Assembly (NCBI GenBank): GCA_963755915.1
Contig: CAVWLP010000003.1
Coordinates: 1,408,001-1,472,000, forward strand
Origin: an uncultured Phycisphaerales bacterium
GTDB taxonomy: Bacteria; Planctomycetota; Phycisphaerae; Tepidisphaerales; Tepidisphaeraceae
Direction: 5' to 3'
DNA length: 64,000 nucleotides
The notes beneath the pieces were generated by a model, which searched no databases, was not told the origin of the DNA, and saw nothing but the letters and a program-made list of their open reading frames with translations. Below are positions 44,920 to 54,329 of the stretch, piece after piece (position 1 is the first letter of the stretch; every line of letters begins with the position of its first letter). The position numbers were made by a program, and so were the translations under genes.

Positions 44920-46422
44920 ATGGGACGATTATTCGTCGCTATTTTCCTTTTTCTGATTGCCGCAAGTGTTGCGATCTACTGGTACATCCCCGACCTGCAT
45001 GAGGAACGTCCGGTTCTCTATTGGATCACCGACACATATCCCCAACAGCGCGAGCAGGTGAAGGATTTTTACCGCTGGCTCGTCGCGCATGGGCATACGA
45101 CGCCGGCCGGCCGGCCGTGCATGGAGCTGCGCATCGACAGTGCGAACGACGACATCTCGAAGATCTTGATCCAGGGAATTTCGGGCGATTGCGGAGACAT
45201 CGTCGAAGAGGGCGGGTTCGGCCTGCAAGTTCTGCAGCAGGCGGGTATGCTTGAGGATGTGACCGAGGCGGCCCGGGCGAACGGGTTTGATCTCGGCCAC
45301 ACTTATTCGGCGCTGGAGCCGGAGATGATCTATGACGGGCGGCAATATTGTTATCCCCGGCAGGTTTATGGATTTGTCTACGTGGTAAACGACCAGACGT
45401 TTCGAAAATATGGGTTGAATCCGCCTCCGACGCGGTGGGACCTGGACGAGTTTGAAAGCATCGGGAGGCAATTTGTAAATGCGGCGAACCCGCCTGGGAA
45501 ACGGCGAACGGTGTTCCTGGCCAATGAAGTGTGCACCGTATACCTTTGGCGGAGTTTTGGGCTGTCGATGTTCAACGAAACATTAACGCGCTGCACGTTG
45601 GACGATCCGCGATATGCGGAAACCCTGAGGTTGATTCATAAGTGGACTTATGAGGACCATCTATTGCCGTCCGCCGCCGATCTGCAATCCGTGGCGACAA
45701 AATCTGCGACGCAGTTCGGGGATTCGAGGATTCAGATGTTTGTTGATGGGCAATATGCCATGATATTCATCGGCCGGCATGGGTTGCCGCTGATTCGGCC
45801 CCATGGCAAGCTTGAATTGAGCGTGGCAGAGCCGCCAAACGGCGGCTTTCCGAACACAAGTGCGGACGGCACTGAGGTGGCAATTTACGCGGGTTCGAAG
45901 CACGTTCAACTGGCGGAGTTATTTTTGGAATTCATTGCGAGCGATGATTTCAGCAATGAGATTGCGGTAAGCGCCGACTCGGTTCCGCCGAATCCGGCGA
46001 CGACGAAGACGGCCGCGTATCTTCGGCCGCCTCTGTATCCCAACGAATGGGGCATCCACGAGAAATTCGCGAGTGCGATCAACGACATCGGAATTGGCGA
46101 CGAGGTCAGTCCGTATGTCCTGACCTTGTCCGGATATATTGCCGAAGAAGATGCGCGGGAGGCATACATGGCGGGCCTTTGCAGCGCACAAGAAGCCGGC
46201 GAGAAGGCGGCTCAACACGTCAACGCGGAAATCGAGCGAAATCTGGAGGACAATCCGGATCTGCGCGATCAATATGCAAAGGACGTAGCCCTGCAGGGGC
46301 AAATCGATCAGCTTCGAGCGGCGGGAAAGCGGGTTCCTTTGTCGTGGATATCCAATCCATTCTATCGCAAGTACTACCAGGCGAAGGGTTGGGCAGAAAC
46401 ATCAACGCATGATCACTCGTAA
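44920..46422 (+). CDS. Carbohydrate ABC transporter substrate-binding protein
   Basis: N-terminal TM, MLEDVTE, DGRQY.YP, FVDGQYAM; directly upstream of two permeases. Confidence 0.8.
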   Translation: MGRLFVAIFLFLIAASVAIYWYIPDLHEERPVLYWITDTYPQQREQVKDFYRWLVAHGHTTPAGRPCMELRIDSANDDISKILIQGISGDCGDIVEEGGFGLQVLQQAGMLEDVTEAARANGFDLGHTYSALEPEMIYDGRQYCYPRQVYGFVYVVNDQTFRKYGLNPPPTRWDLDEFESIGRQFVNAANPPGKRRTVFLANEVCTVYLWRSFGLSMFNETLTRCTLDDPRYAETLRLIHKWTYEDHLLPSAADLQSVATKSATQFGDSRIQMFVDGQYAMIFIGRHGLPLIRPHGKLELSVAEPPNGGFPNTSADGTEVAIYAGSKHVQLAELFLEFIASDDFSNEIAVSADSVPPNPATTKTAAYLRPPLYPNEWGIHEKFASAINDIGIGDEVSPYVLTLSGYIAEEDAREAYMAGLCSAQEAGEKAAQHVNAEIERNLEDNPDLRDQYAKDVALQGQIDQLRAAGKRVPLSWISNPFYRKYYQAKGWAETSTHDHS

Positions 46423-47887
46423 GGAATGGCGCAGTTTGGCGGTCGGGCTGCAGTTTCTTGCGCCGAACATTCTCACTTTTCTCGCGTTTACAATCTTACC
46501 GGTTGTCTTCAGCCTGGTGATGGCGTTCTCGAATTACGATTTGCTTCGCCACAATCGTTTTCACCACAGTTCATTGCAATTTCCGACGTGGGAAAACTTT
46601 TCCCGGTTGTTCGCCGACCCGGATTTCTGGACCTATTTCGGAAATACGCTGTTCTTTCTGCTGGCGGTTCCAATTGGCATCGCGGCGAGCTTGCTGGCGG
46701 CGCTGGCGCTGAATCTCGAACCGAACGCCGGTTCCAAAAATGTTCGCGTGGTGATGATCGCGGTTTCGGTGTTCATTACAGGCATCGCCGCACTTTTGCT
46801 GGCGGGTGCCAAGACGAGTGCCATGATCTGCCTGCTGACTCTTTTGCCGTGTGGAGTGCTGGTTTTGGGCGCTATCGGCGGGGCGAGCGCGTACCGAACC
46901 CTTTTTTATATTCCCAGCTTTACGTCGGGCGTGGCAGTCTTCATCGTTTGGGCAAAGCTTTATAACCCTCACGTCGGCCCGATTAATTCCGCTCTGGCGC
47001 CTTCGTTGCGAACGATTACCTGGATCGTCAATACGCTTCCTCCTTATGCGCCGCAGATCGGGTTTTGGGTCTGCCTGTTGTTGGCCGGATTTGTTTTGGC
47101 AATAACAATTCGTCGCTTGCGGCTGCTATGGAACGACGGTGATCTGGGGATTGTCGCGGCGATTGCGCTGGTGCTGCTTCTGGTGATGAGCGTTGGCATC
47201 GCCGTTTTCTGGCTGCCGACGAATTCGAGCAAAATATTTCTGACGGCCGAGGCGGCGATCGTCGTCGCGTGGTATGTCGGCCGGTCGGCGCAGGGTCCAA
47301 ATTTCAAATGTCCGGCTACGAGCGGTGGGGGGGGAGCGGGTATACTTGTGGCGGGATCGATTTGCGCTCAGTTCATATTTGTAGGATTGGGAATCGTTCT
47401 TTTTTATTTGCGGGCCAACGCCGCGCAGGGCCTGGAACCGCCTTCCTGGTTGACGCAATACTATTGGGCCAAGCCCGCTCTGATGTTGATGGGTCTGTGG
47501 GCCGCGATTGGCTCGAACAACATGCTATTGTACCTGGCGGCGCTGAGCAATATGCCGGCTGAGCTATATGAAGCGGCGGATATCGACGGCGCCGGGCGGC
47601 TTTCGAAGTTCTGGAACGTGACTTGGCCGCAACTTGCGCCAACGACATTCCTCATCGCGATCACGAGCATTATTGGCGGATTGCAGGGCGGATTCGATTC
47701 GGCGCGGGCGATGACGGACGGTGGACCGGCGGGATCCACAACAACGCTGGCATACTACATTTATTCGCAGGGATTTTTATCTGGGCATCTCGGATATGCG
47801 TCCGCGATCGCGTGGGTCATGTTCTTAATGATTCTGGTCATCACGGTGGTCAACTGGAAATGGGGGAGCCAAAATGTCAACGACTGA
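46409..47887 (+). CDS. Carbohydrate ABC transporter permease 1 (with extra TM insertions)
   Basis: FLAPN, ELYEAADIDGAG..KFWNVTWPQLAP, GGPAGSTTTL. Confidence 0.9.
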   Translation: MITRKEWRSLAVGLQFLAPNILTFLAFTILPVVFSLVMAFSNYDLLRHNRFHHSSLQFPTWENFSRLFADPDFWTYFGNTLFFLLAVPIGIAASLLAALALNLEPNAGSKNVRVVMIAVSVFITGIAALLLAGAKTSAMICLLTLLPCGVLVLGAIGGASAYRTLFYIPSFTSGVAVFIVWAKLYNPHVGPINSALAPSLRTITWIVNTLPPYAPQIGFWVCLLLAGFVLAITIRRLRLLWNDGDLGIVAAIALVLLLVMSVGIAVFWLPTNSSKIFLTAEAAIVVAWYVGRSAQGPNFKCPATSGGGGAGILVAGSICAQFIFVGLGIVLFYLRANAAQGLEPPSWLTQYYWAKPALMLMGLWAAIGSNNMLLYLAALSNMPAELYEAADIDGAGRLSKFWNVTWPQLAPTTFLIAITSIIGGLQGGFDSARAMTDGGPAGSTTTLAYYIYSQGFLSGHLGYASAIAWVMFLMILVITVVNWKWGSQNVND

Positions 47888-48776
47888 AGCAATTCCGGTC
47901 GAGCGGGCCGTTGAGCCAGAAGTAAGCGAGGCACGTCCGGTTCGGATATTCAAGCGACCCAGGCTTATATCGTCGTTTGCGCTTCACCTGGGGCTGGTGG
48001 TCACCGCCACATTTATGATTCTGCCGTTTGTGTGGATGATACTGACCAGCCTGAAGACCGCGCCTGAAACGGAGATGAGCAAATGGTTTCCTTCTACAGC
48101 TCAATGGCACAATTACAAAGATATATTCATCGCACCCGGCGTTGAATTCGGCCGGTGGTACGTCAATTCCATTTTCATCGCGGCGTGGACAACGTTTCTT
48201 CAGATATTCACTAGCGCAATCGCGGCATTCGCATTTGCCCGATTGCGGTGGCCGGGACGGGACAAGATCTTTTTCGTCTATGTGATGACGATGATGATTC
48301 CGGGTCTAATCCTGATCATCCCGAATTACCAGATCATGATCGATCTGCACCTCGTGGATAGTTACCTTGGACTGATTTTGCCCGGTGCCTGCAGCGTTTT
48401 CGGTACGTTCATGTTGCGCCAGTTCATGTTGACAATACCGACGAGTATTGACGAAGCGGCCAAGATCGACGGAGCTGGTGAATGGCGGATTTTTTGGGAA
48501 ATCATCATGCCGTTATCGCGCTCTGGTTTGGTGACGCTCGCGATCTTCTGTTTCATCGGCAACTATCAGAGCTTTTTCTGGCCGCTGGTCATGGTAAAGA
48601 GCAGTTATCTTTACACGTTGCCTATCGGGCTGCTGGCCTTCGACTCCTCGCAGGGCCAGAGCATGCAACTGCTTATGGCCGCCACGGCCCTGGCGATCGT
48701 GCCGCTGATTATTCTGTTCGTGGCGATGCAGAAACAGTTAATCCGCGGAATTCAGCTTGGCGCGGTAAAAGGCTAA
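47874..48776 (+). CDS. Carbohydrate ABC transporter permease 2
   Basis: PFVWMILTSLK, EAAKIDGA, TLPIGL, GAVKG. Confidence 0.92.
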   Translation: MSTTEAIPVERAVEPEVSEARPVRIFKRPRLISSFALHLGLVVTATFMILPFVWMILTSLKTAPETEMSKWFPSTAQWHNYKDIFIAPGVEFGRWYVNSIFIAAWTTFLQIFTSAIAAFAFARLRWPGRDKIFFVYVMTMMIPGLILIIPNYQIMIDLHLVDSYLGLILPGACSVFGTFMLRQFMLTIPTSIDEAAKIDGAGEWRIFWEIIMPLSRSGLVTLAIFCFIGNYQSFFWPLVMVKSSYLYTLPIGLLAFDSSQGQSMQLLMAATALAIVPLIILFVAMQKQLIRGIQLGAVKG

Positions 48777-49696
48777 AGAAGTTTGGATTGATGCATCCAG
48801 TTCACGGCTCTTTGCATGCTGGTTTCGGGGGTGTGTTTCGGGATGTAGCCAAGCTTCGATTTGATCGACGAAATATCCGCACACATGTGGGCCTCGAAAT
48901 GAAATCTCGCGCCCTTGTCTGGAATCAATTTTACAAATTCCGGCGATGAAATGCGGGCGATTGGAATGGATACGCCGTAAATCTGTGCGTAAGTTTTGAC
49001 AAATTCAGATGCGGTAAGCGAGTAGGCGGCCCCAACGTTGAAGATGTTTCCCTGCGCGTTCTTCGATTGTTCGATTGCGAGGAGAAACGCCTGCGCGACG
49101 TCTTCGGCGTCGCATGGGCCGATCAGGATATCGGGGCCTTCCGGCAGTTGAACGCGTTTTCCCCCCACCAATTCACGGTGAACGGACAGGCTTCGACCCC
49201 CTTGCGTATCGAGCGGAATCTTGCCGGGCCCACAGATATTCGGCGGCAAAATTGCGGTAAACGGAGGGCCCGCTGACAAACTGCGATCCAGAAGTTTCTG
49301 GATGATATTCCAACGTAGGCGATATCCCTCGTCCCAAACAGGCGATTGCGATTGCTCCGCGCAGGGAATGCGATTTGGTGTGCCGAGCATCCACACCGAG
49401 CCACAAGCGATGACGTGGTTGCAGATGGTCCGAACCGCATCATAGGTTTCGTCGAGAGCCGTGCCGAGAAGATCGACAAACGTATCGAGATGGCCGAGCG
49501 TTCGAAGCGTTTTGATCCAAACGGAGTCGCCGGCGATGTAATCGCCGTGAATGATTCGCATCGACTCAAGTTGTTCGGTTTGCGGAAGCGGTGTTTTTCC
49601 GCGAGCGATAACGATTACCTCATGACCGCGCCGCGCAAGCATTGGTATGAGATGGCCTCCGATGTGGCCGGTTCCCCCAACAATGGCGACTTTCAT
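48773..49696 (-). CDS. NAD-dependent epimerase/dehydratase family
   Basis: IVGGTGHIG, PPNICGPG, DVAQAF, FNVG. Confidence 0.82.
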   Translation of the reverse strand: MKVAIVGGTGHIGGHLIPMLARRGHEVIVIARGKTPLPQTEQLESMRIIHGDYIAGDSVWIKTLRTLGHLDTFVDLLGTALDETYDAVRTICNHVIACGSVWMLGTPNRIPCAEQSQSPVWDEGYRLRWNIIQKLLDRSLSAGPPFTAILPPNICGPGKIPLDTQGGRSLSVHRELVGGKRVQLPEGPDILIGPCDAEDVAQAFLLAIEQSKNAQGNIFNVGAAYSLTASEFVKTYAQIYGVSIPIARISSPEFVKLIPDKGARFHFEAHMCADISSIKSKLGYIPKHTPETSMQRAVNWMHQSKLL

Positions 49697-49711
49697 GTTT
49701 ACTCCAAAGCG

Positions 49712-50795
49712 TTAAACGAGATTCGTGGCATCTGACGCCATCTTTTCAGCGTCGCCGCCAAGGAGCAAGCCCGCGATCCTGGCAATCGCGGGCGCGGGGC
49801 CTCGGTAGGCCCAGGTCTGGCAAAAATCATGGTGCATCGACCGGCCCGTGCCGAATCCAATCGCGGGTCCGTGGTATTCCAGTTCGGTGAAAGCGACCGA
49901 GGGGGTCCAGTAGTTGCAGACTTGGACACAGGAGCCCTCGAGCTTGCGATCGTCAAAAGGCGTGTCGATATAGCGTTCTGATGGATACACAGGGAAAGTT
50001 CGGACGATCAGGTTCCAGAATTGGTCCACCGATGGATACAAATAAGCCATGCGGCCGGATGCGTCGATCGCGGAGACGCTGACCTTGCCGACGCCGCGCA
50101 CTCGCGAGCGAAAGCCAAGAAAGTTTGCGTGGATGGCCAGATCATTCGGCGGGATCAGGCCGAACATAACCTTGGGATCGGTAGGGCGGTAAGTTGAAAC
50201 CAACGCCAGTCCGCCGTGCGGCAACTGCAATAAACTCCAGAGCGAGCACAGAGCCGAGGGGTGATCGATCCCCTCGAGTAGTTCGATGCTTACGAAAGTG
50301 CTGTAGCCGGCGTAGGCGACGTTTTTGTGCGATGATTGAATTGCAAGCGGGTCGCGCGGGGGTAAACCATTTGATGATTCGCACGGAGATGCTGATGCGA
50401 GACTGCAAAAGATGAAGGCGCCGAGTCATCACCAGGCGCGGATTAGCACCAGTGGTCTCGACCACGTAGCTGCCTGGATCGAGCTCAATGGGAACCCTAT
50501 GGCTCTGCATCGGATTCTTTATGTCGCGTATAAAAAATTCCGCCTCTGGACTGAGCCAGGTTCTATCTCCGCCGACATTGGGCCATTCGCTGGCGTAGAC
50601 TTTGCCGGCGGCGACAGGGTGCGTGAAATCGGGGTTGGTCCACAGGAAATTTGGGGCATCAATCGATGTAAAGAGTCCCAACGCTCGCCCCCCGTGGGGA
50701 AGGACGAGTAGTTGGGCTCCATCCCCTAAATGAATTCGAAACGTAAATCGGCCCAGGAATCTCAGGACGCCGACCAATTGTTCCATCGATTGCAT
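49712..50795 (-). CDS. Hypothetical protein (frameshift near 50354)
   Basis: GGRALGL..NFLWTNP, NVGGDRTWLSPE; the corrected frame runs through YAGY...LWSLLQLPHGG into ORF 49712..50230 (ELEYH.P). Confidence 0.65.
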
Positions 50796-50796
50796 A

Positions 50797-53700
50797 TCAG
50801 ATAGGCGCCGAACCATTGCGATGACGGCGGCGTCGGAACAGGAAAGTTTTTGAACTCAGGGCCATAAGACCAAGTGCGGCGGGTTCGGGAACGTTGGGCA
50901 TCGACAGCCCATTGGCCACGGCGAAGGCTTCGAGCGCCTGCAAGTCTGCGACCGAAACCGCAGATGGGCCGCCGACGCCTTGACCGAAGTTGGCGGCGAG
51001 GCTGCTGAAATCGGAGCCGTTAACGACACCATTGTAATCGAAATCGCCCTGGTCCCAGCCCTTAACGCTATGGCCGAAGTTCGCGGCAAGGATGCTGAAA
51101 TCAGATCCATTCACGACGCCGTCAAGATTGGCGTCGCCAAGCAGGGTGTACCTGACTTCAATTTGTCCGGAAGAAAGGCCAGCGACGACGCGGTCGGCTC
51201 CATCGGCATATCCAACACCATAGCGCAGGCCATTTACCGATAGGGGCGCTGTGGTAACAATTCCGGGGCCGTTCCAAAAGCCCCCGTTGTATCCGGAGGC
51301 AACGTAGCCGGCGATCGTCTCAATTGGAGATGCGCCGGTGTAGGTAAGAATGAGGCGGTTGTCATTGACATCGAGTACGCCGCCGCCGCTTATTGAGAGG
51401 AAGGTAATCGTGGCCAACCCGGTGTTCATGCCCAATTGCAATGTTCCGCCGGTAATGGTGACGGCGCCATCAGGCAGTGCGCCATTGACACCGATGATCA
51501 ATTTTCCGGCCGAAACGTTGGTTCCACCGCTGTAAGTGTTGACTGTTGAAAGAGTCGCGGTAGCGGTTCCGGATTTGAAAAGCGGCTCGTTTCCACCGAT
51601 GCCGCCGCTGCCGCTAAAAGTGTAGTTGCCATGGCTATTGTCGATCGTCACCGAGTTCGGGGTCACGACTGTGTTCAGGGTCACGGAATAATTGCCATTG
51701 TTGGAGTCGTTGAAGACTGCGGCATTGCCATTGGCGTAAGCGGAAGGGGTTCCGTTGATATTCCAATTTGGCATTGCGGTGTCCCAGGTTTCGCCATCGC
51801 CTGAGGCGCCTGCGTTGTCCCAGGTCGCGGTAACGGGTGGCGTCTGGTAGACGAGAATATCATCGATAAATCCGCCGGGATTGGTTGTTCCACCTGGATC
51901 ATAGAACCCGATTTGCGAGAATCCGCCGGTCCAGCCGCTGGCCATCTGGTAAACGAGAAGGCTGTCGATATAGATCGAAACGCCAGAGCCATTGAAGTCG
52001 AACTCGACTTTTTGCCAATCGTCGGAGATCGTGGCCGTGCCAGTGTCTTGTGAGGTGACATTGTTGGCCTGATCCATCACGTTGTAGTCCGATGTGGCGC
52101 CGTTGGCGAAAACCGCAACGGACTGCCCTTGTGCATTGATTGCGCGAAAGCCGATGTACTGGCCGAAATTGGTGAGGTTGTCGTAAAAATATGCAGAGAC
52201 CGAGCCGGTTTCATTCGACGGAGAGATTTGCCGCGTGGCGTTGACGCTGCCGATTCCGAACTCAACGGAATTGCCGCCGTTGTTGCCGTGATCCATCGCG
52301 CTGGTCAACATTGGAGTTACGCCACTCCACGCCGCGTTGAGTTGGGCCTGGCTGGAGTACTCGTCAAATCGCTCATCGAAAGCGGGTGAGGGCCTGGGTA
52401 GAGCGGTCTGCCCCAGGAGGGCCTGGAACGCGAGGCTGGACGGCGACGAGATGGCGCCATTCAGCGCGGGATTATTCTGAGACGCATTGCCCATCATGAA
52501 CCACATCAGGCCGTTTACGTCCGAATTTGAGACGGCCGTGTTGTAATACCATTCTTGCTGCTGGAGAGATGGGAAGCCGTATCCTCCGCCACCGAAGCTA
52601 TCGCCGAGCATGAGGATCGGCTTGCCGGATTCGACGCCACGGATCGCATTCAGGTCGGCATTTACGCCCGCCGTATATTGGGCAAAGGTCGTCGTGCCGC
52701 TGGTGTTGATGTAATAATCGAACATGTACAGATCGAGATTTCGCGGCGCCTGGCCATTGGTGGGATCGTCCAGGTTCATAGTGATGGGCACAGAGCCGCC
52801 GAAATAGCTTTCAGCGGCTGAAGCCAGCGCTTCCATTTGGCTGCGAGTCCAGCCATTTCCATCCGGTTCGTCAACCAGATCGAGGGCATAGACGTCTTTC
52901 TGATAACCGTTGATTACCTGCTCGAGCGAGGCGAATCCCGTTGACCAGGAACTTGGATCATTTTGGTTAAAACCTGCGCCATAGACAACACACTTGTAAC
53001 CAAGATTCACCGCATCCACGAGCGTTCGGTGGGGATCAGGCGAGCCATATCGCGTATCGTCGAGAATCAACGTTAAATTCGTGTAGTCGTAAAGCCGAGT
53101 TCCGTAAGAACTACCGGGTGCAGGCGGGATGATCACCTTATCCATGTAGTCGCCGTAGACCGATGTTTCGGCGAAATAGTAGCCGTAATAAAACGGTCGA
53201 GTCGGCGGGGGCGACAGTGGGGATGGCACTTGAACGGGAGCTTGATTCTGCTGATAAAAGCGCACGGCGCTGAGCGCGACGTTCTGGCTTGTTCCGCCGG
53301 AGTAGTTGTAGTTTGTGGGAGCGGCCGTGATGACCACGTCCTTCACGCGAGCGCCGTTGAAATTGACGATTTGGCTCACCGGGCTATACAAGTTTGATCC
53401 GGAGAGATTGGTCGCCTCAGGAATTGGCGCGGTGGATACGGTGGTCCAGTTGAAGCCGTCGTCGGTATACTGGATGGTGACGTCCTGCAAACCCTGGTCG
53501 TCATAGTTGTAATTGGTACTGTCCTGATTGCCGTTCCAAATCCACATTTGACCGATCGAGTAGCTCTGATTGAAAGAGAATTCTATCCAATGGCTGAAGT
53601 CGGTAATGCCGGTCGGATCGGGATTTTCGGCGCTGTCGGATATCTGGCCGCTGAGCCACATGGAAGGGGTAAACGAAGGCGTGTTCGACGCCTGGGGTCC

Positions 53701-53961
53701 TTCAACGAATTGGCCCGAAGAATCGAAGAGATTCGGGTCCTCAGGGTTGTTGTCGCCGAGAACGGTGTTTTCGGGGAGATCGATGCTGTTGTGCGAACCA
53801 GAGGCGGTCACCACAATGTCGGAGCTGGAGTCCCAGCCGTCGCTTAATGTCGGATCACCGACGGCGAGTTGGCCCAGACATTTGGAGGCAGCGGTGAGGA
53901 TCGAAACGCCGCTCAGAAGCAATCGGCTGTCTCGGCAAGCAGAGCGTTTAATATACCGCAT
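50797..53961 (-). CDS. Large PEP-CTERM surface protein with putative glycoside-hydrolase-like domain, beta-strand repeat and dockerin-like repeats
   Basis: Signal peptide; discoidin-like WIEFSF..MWIWNGN; LVDEPD; NTYSGGTNVSAG; GDANLDGVVNGSDF/GDFDYNGVVNGSDF; VPEPAA+TM+RRRR. Confidence 0.8.
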   Translation of the reverse strand: MRYIKRSACRDSRLLLSGVSILTAASKCLGQLAVGDPTLSDGWDSSSDIVVTASGSHNSIDLPENTVLGDNNPEDPNLFDSSGQFVEGPQASNTPSFTPSMWLSGQISDSAENPDPTGITDFSHWIEFSFNQSYSIGQMWIWNGNQDSTNYNYDDQGLQDVTIQYTDDGFNWTTVSTAPIPEATNLSGSNLYSPVSQIVNFNGARVKDVVITAAPTNYNYSGGTSQNVALSAVRFYQQNQAPVQVPSPLSPPPTRPFYYGYYFAETSVYGDYMDKVIIPPAPGSSYGTRLYDYTNLTLILDDTRYGSPDPHRTLVDAVNLGYKCVVYGAGFNQNDPSSWSTGFASLEQVINGYQKDVYALDLVDEPDGNGWTRSQMEALASAAESYFGGSVPITMNLDDPTNGQAPRNLDLYMFDYYINTSGTTTFAQYTAGVNADLNAIRGVESGKPILMLGDSFGGGGYGFPSLQQQEWYYNTAVSNSDVNGLMWFMMGNASQNNPALNGAISSPSSLAFQALLGQTALPRPSPAFDERFDEYSSQAQLNAAWSGVTPMLTSAMDHGNNGGNSVEFGIGSVNATRQISPSNETGSVSAYFYDNLTNFGQYIGFRAINAQGQSVAVFANGATSDYNVMDQANNVTSQDTGTATISDDWQKVEFDFNGSGVSIYIDSLLVYQMASGWTGGFSQIGFYDPGGTTNPGGFIDDILVYQTPPVTATWDNAGASGDGETWDTAMPNWNINGTPSAYANGNAAVFNDSNNGNYSVTLNTVVTPNSVTIDNSHGNYTFSGSGGIGGNEPLFKSGTATATLSTVNTYSGGTNVSAGKLIIGVNGALPDGAVTITGGTLQLGMNTGLATITFLSISGGGVLDVNDNRLILTYTGASPIETIAGYVASGYNGGFWNGPGIVTTAPLSVNGLRYGVGYADGADRVVAGLSSGQIEVRYTLLGDANLDGVVNGSDFSILAANFGHSVKGWDQGDFDYNGVVNGSDFSSLAANFGQGVGGPSAVSVADLQALEAFAVANGLSMPNVPEPAALGLMALSSKTFLFRRRRHRNGSAPI

Positions 53962-54329
53962 CGCGGAACCCTTTTTGTATTTACGCGGAAAACCGAACGC
54001 CAGGTTTGGACAGCAAATCGCTCATCTTTTTTTGGAATTAGAAGTCCCACAACGGCAACTGCCTTTGAGGACTTTCTCGTTCGCCACGGCTTTGGCAAAC
54101 CGGGACTATACCGTGATAGACATGTGTATACCAATTTGCGAGATTTAATCAACCCAAAAATGGTATTTTGGCAATTGGGGGCAGAACGGATCGACAGTGA
54201 TCGTTGAAAGTAAGCTGATAATGTTGGTTTTGGCTGAGGCGTTAGTTTTCCGTTGAATCGGGATGAACGTCCATGTACCATCTCTAATCGGCGCAGGCAA
54301 TGGCTTCGCTGCGCGGCGTCACGGATCAA

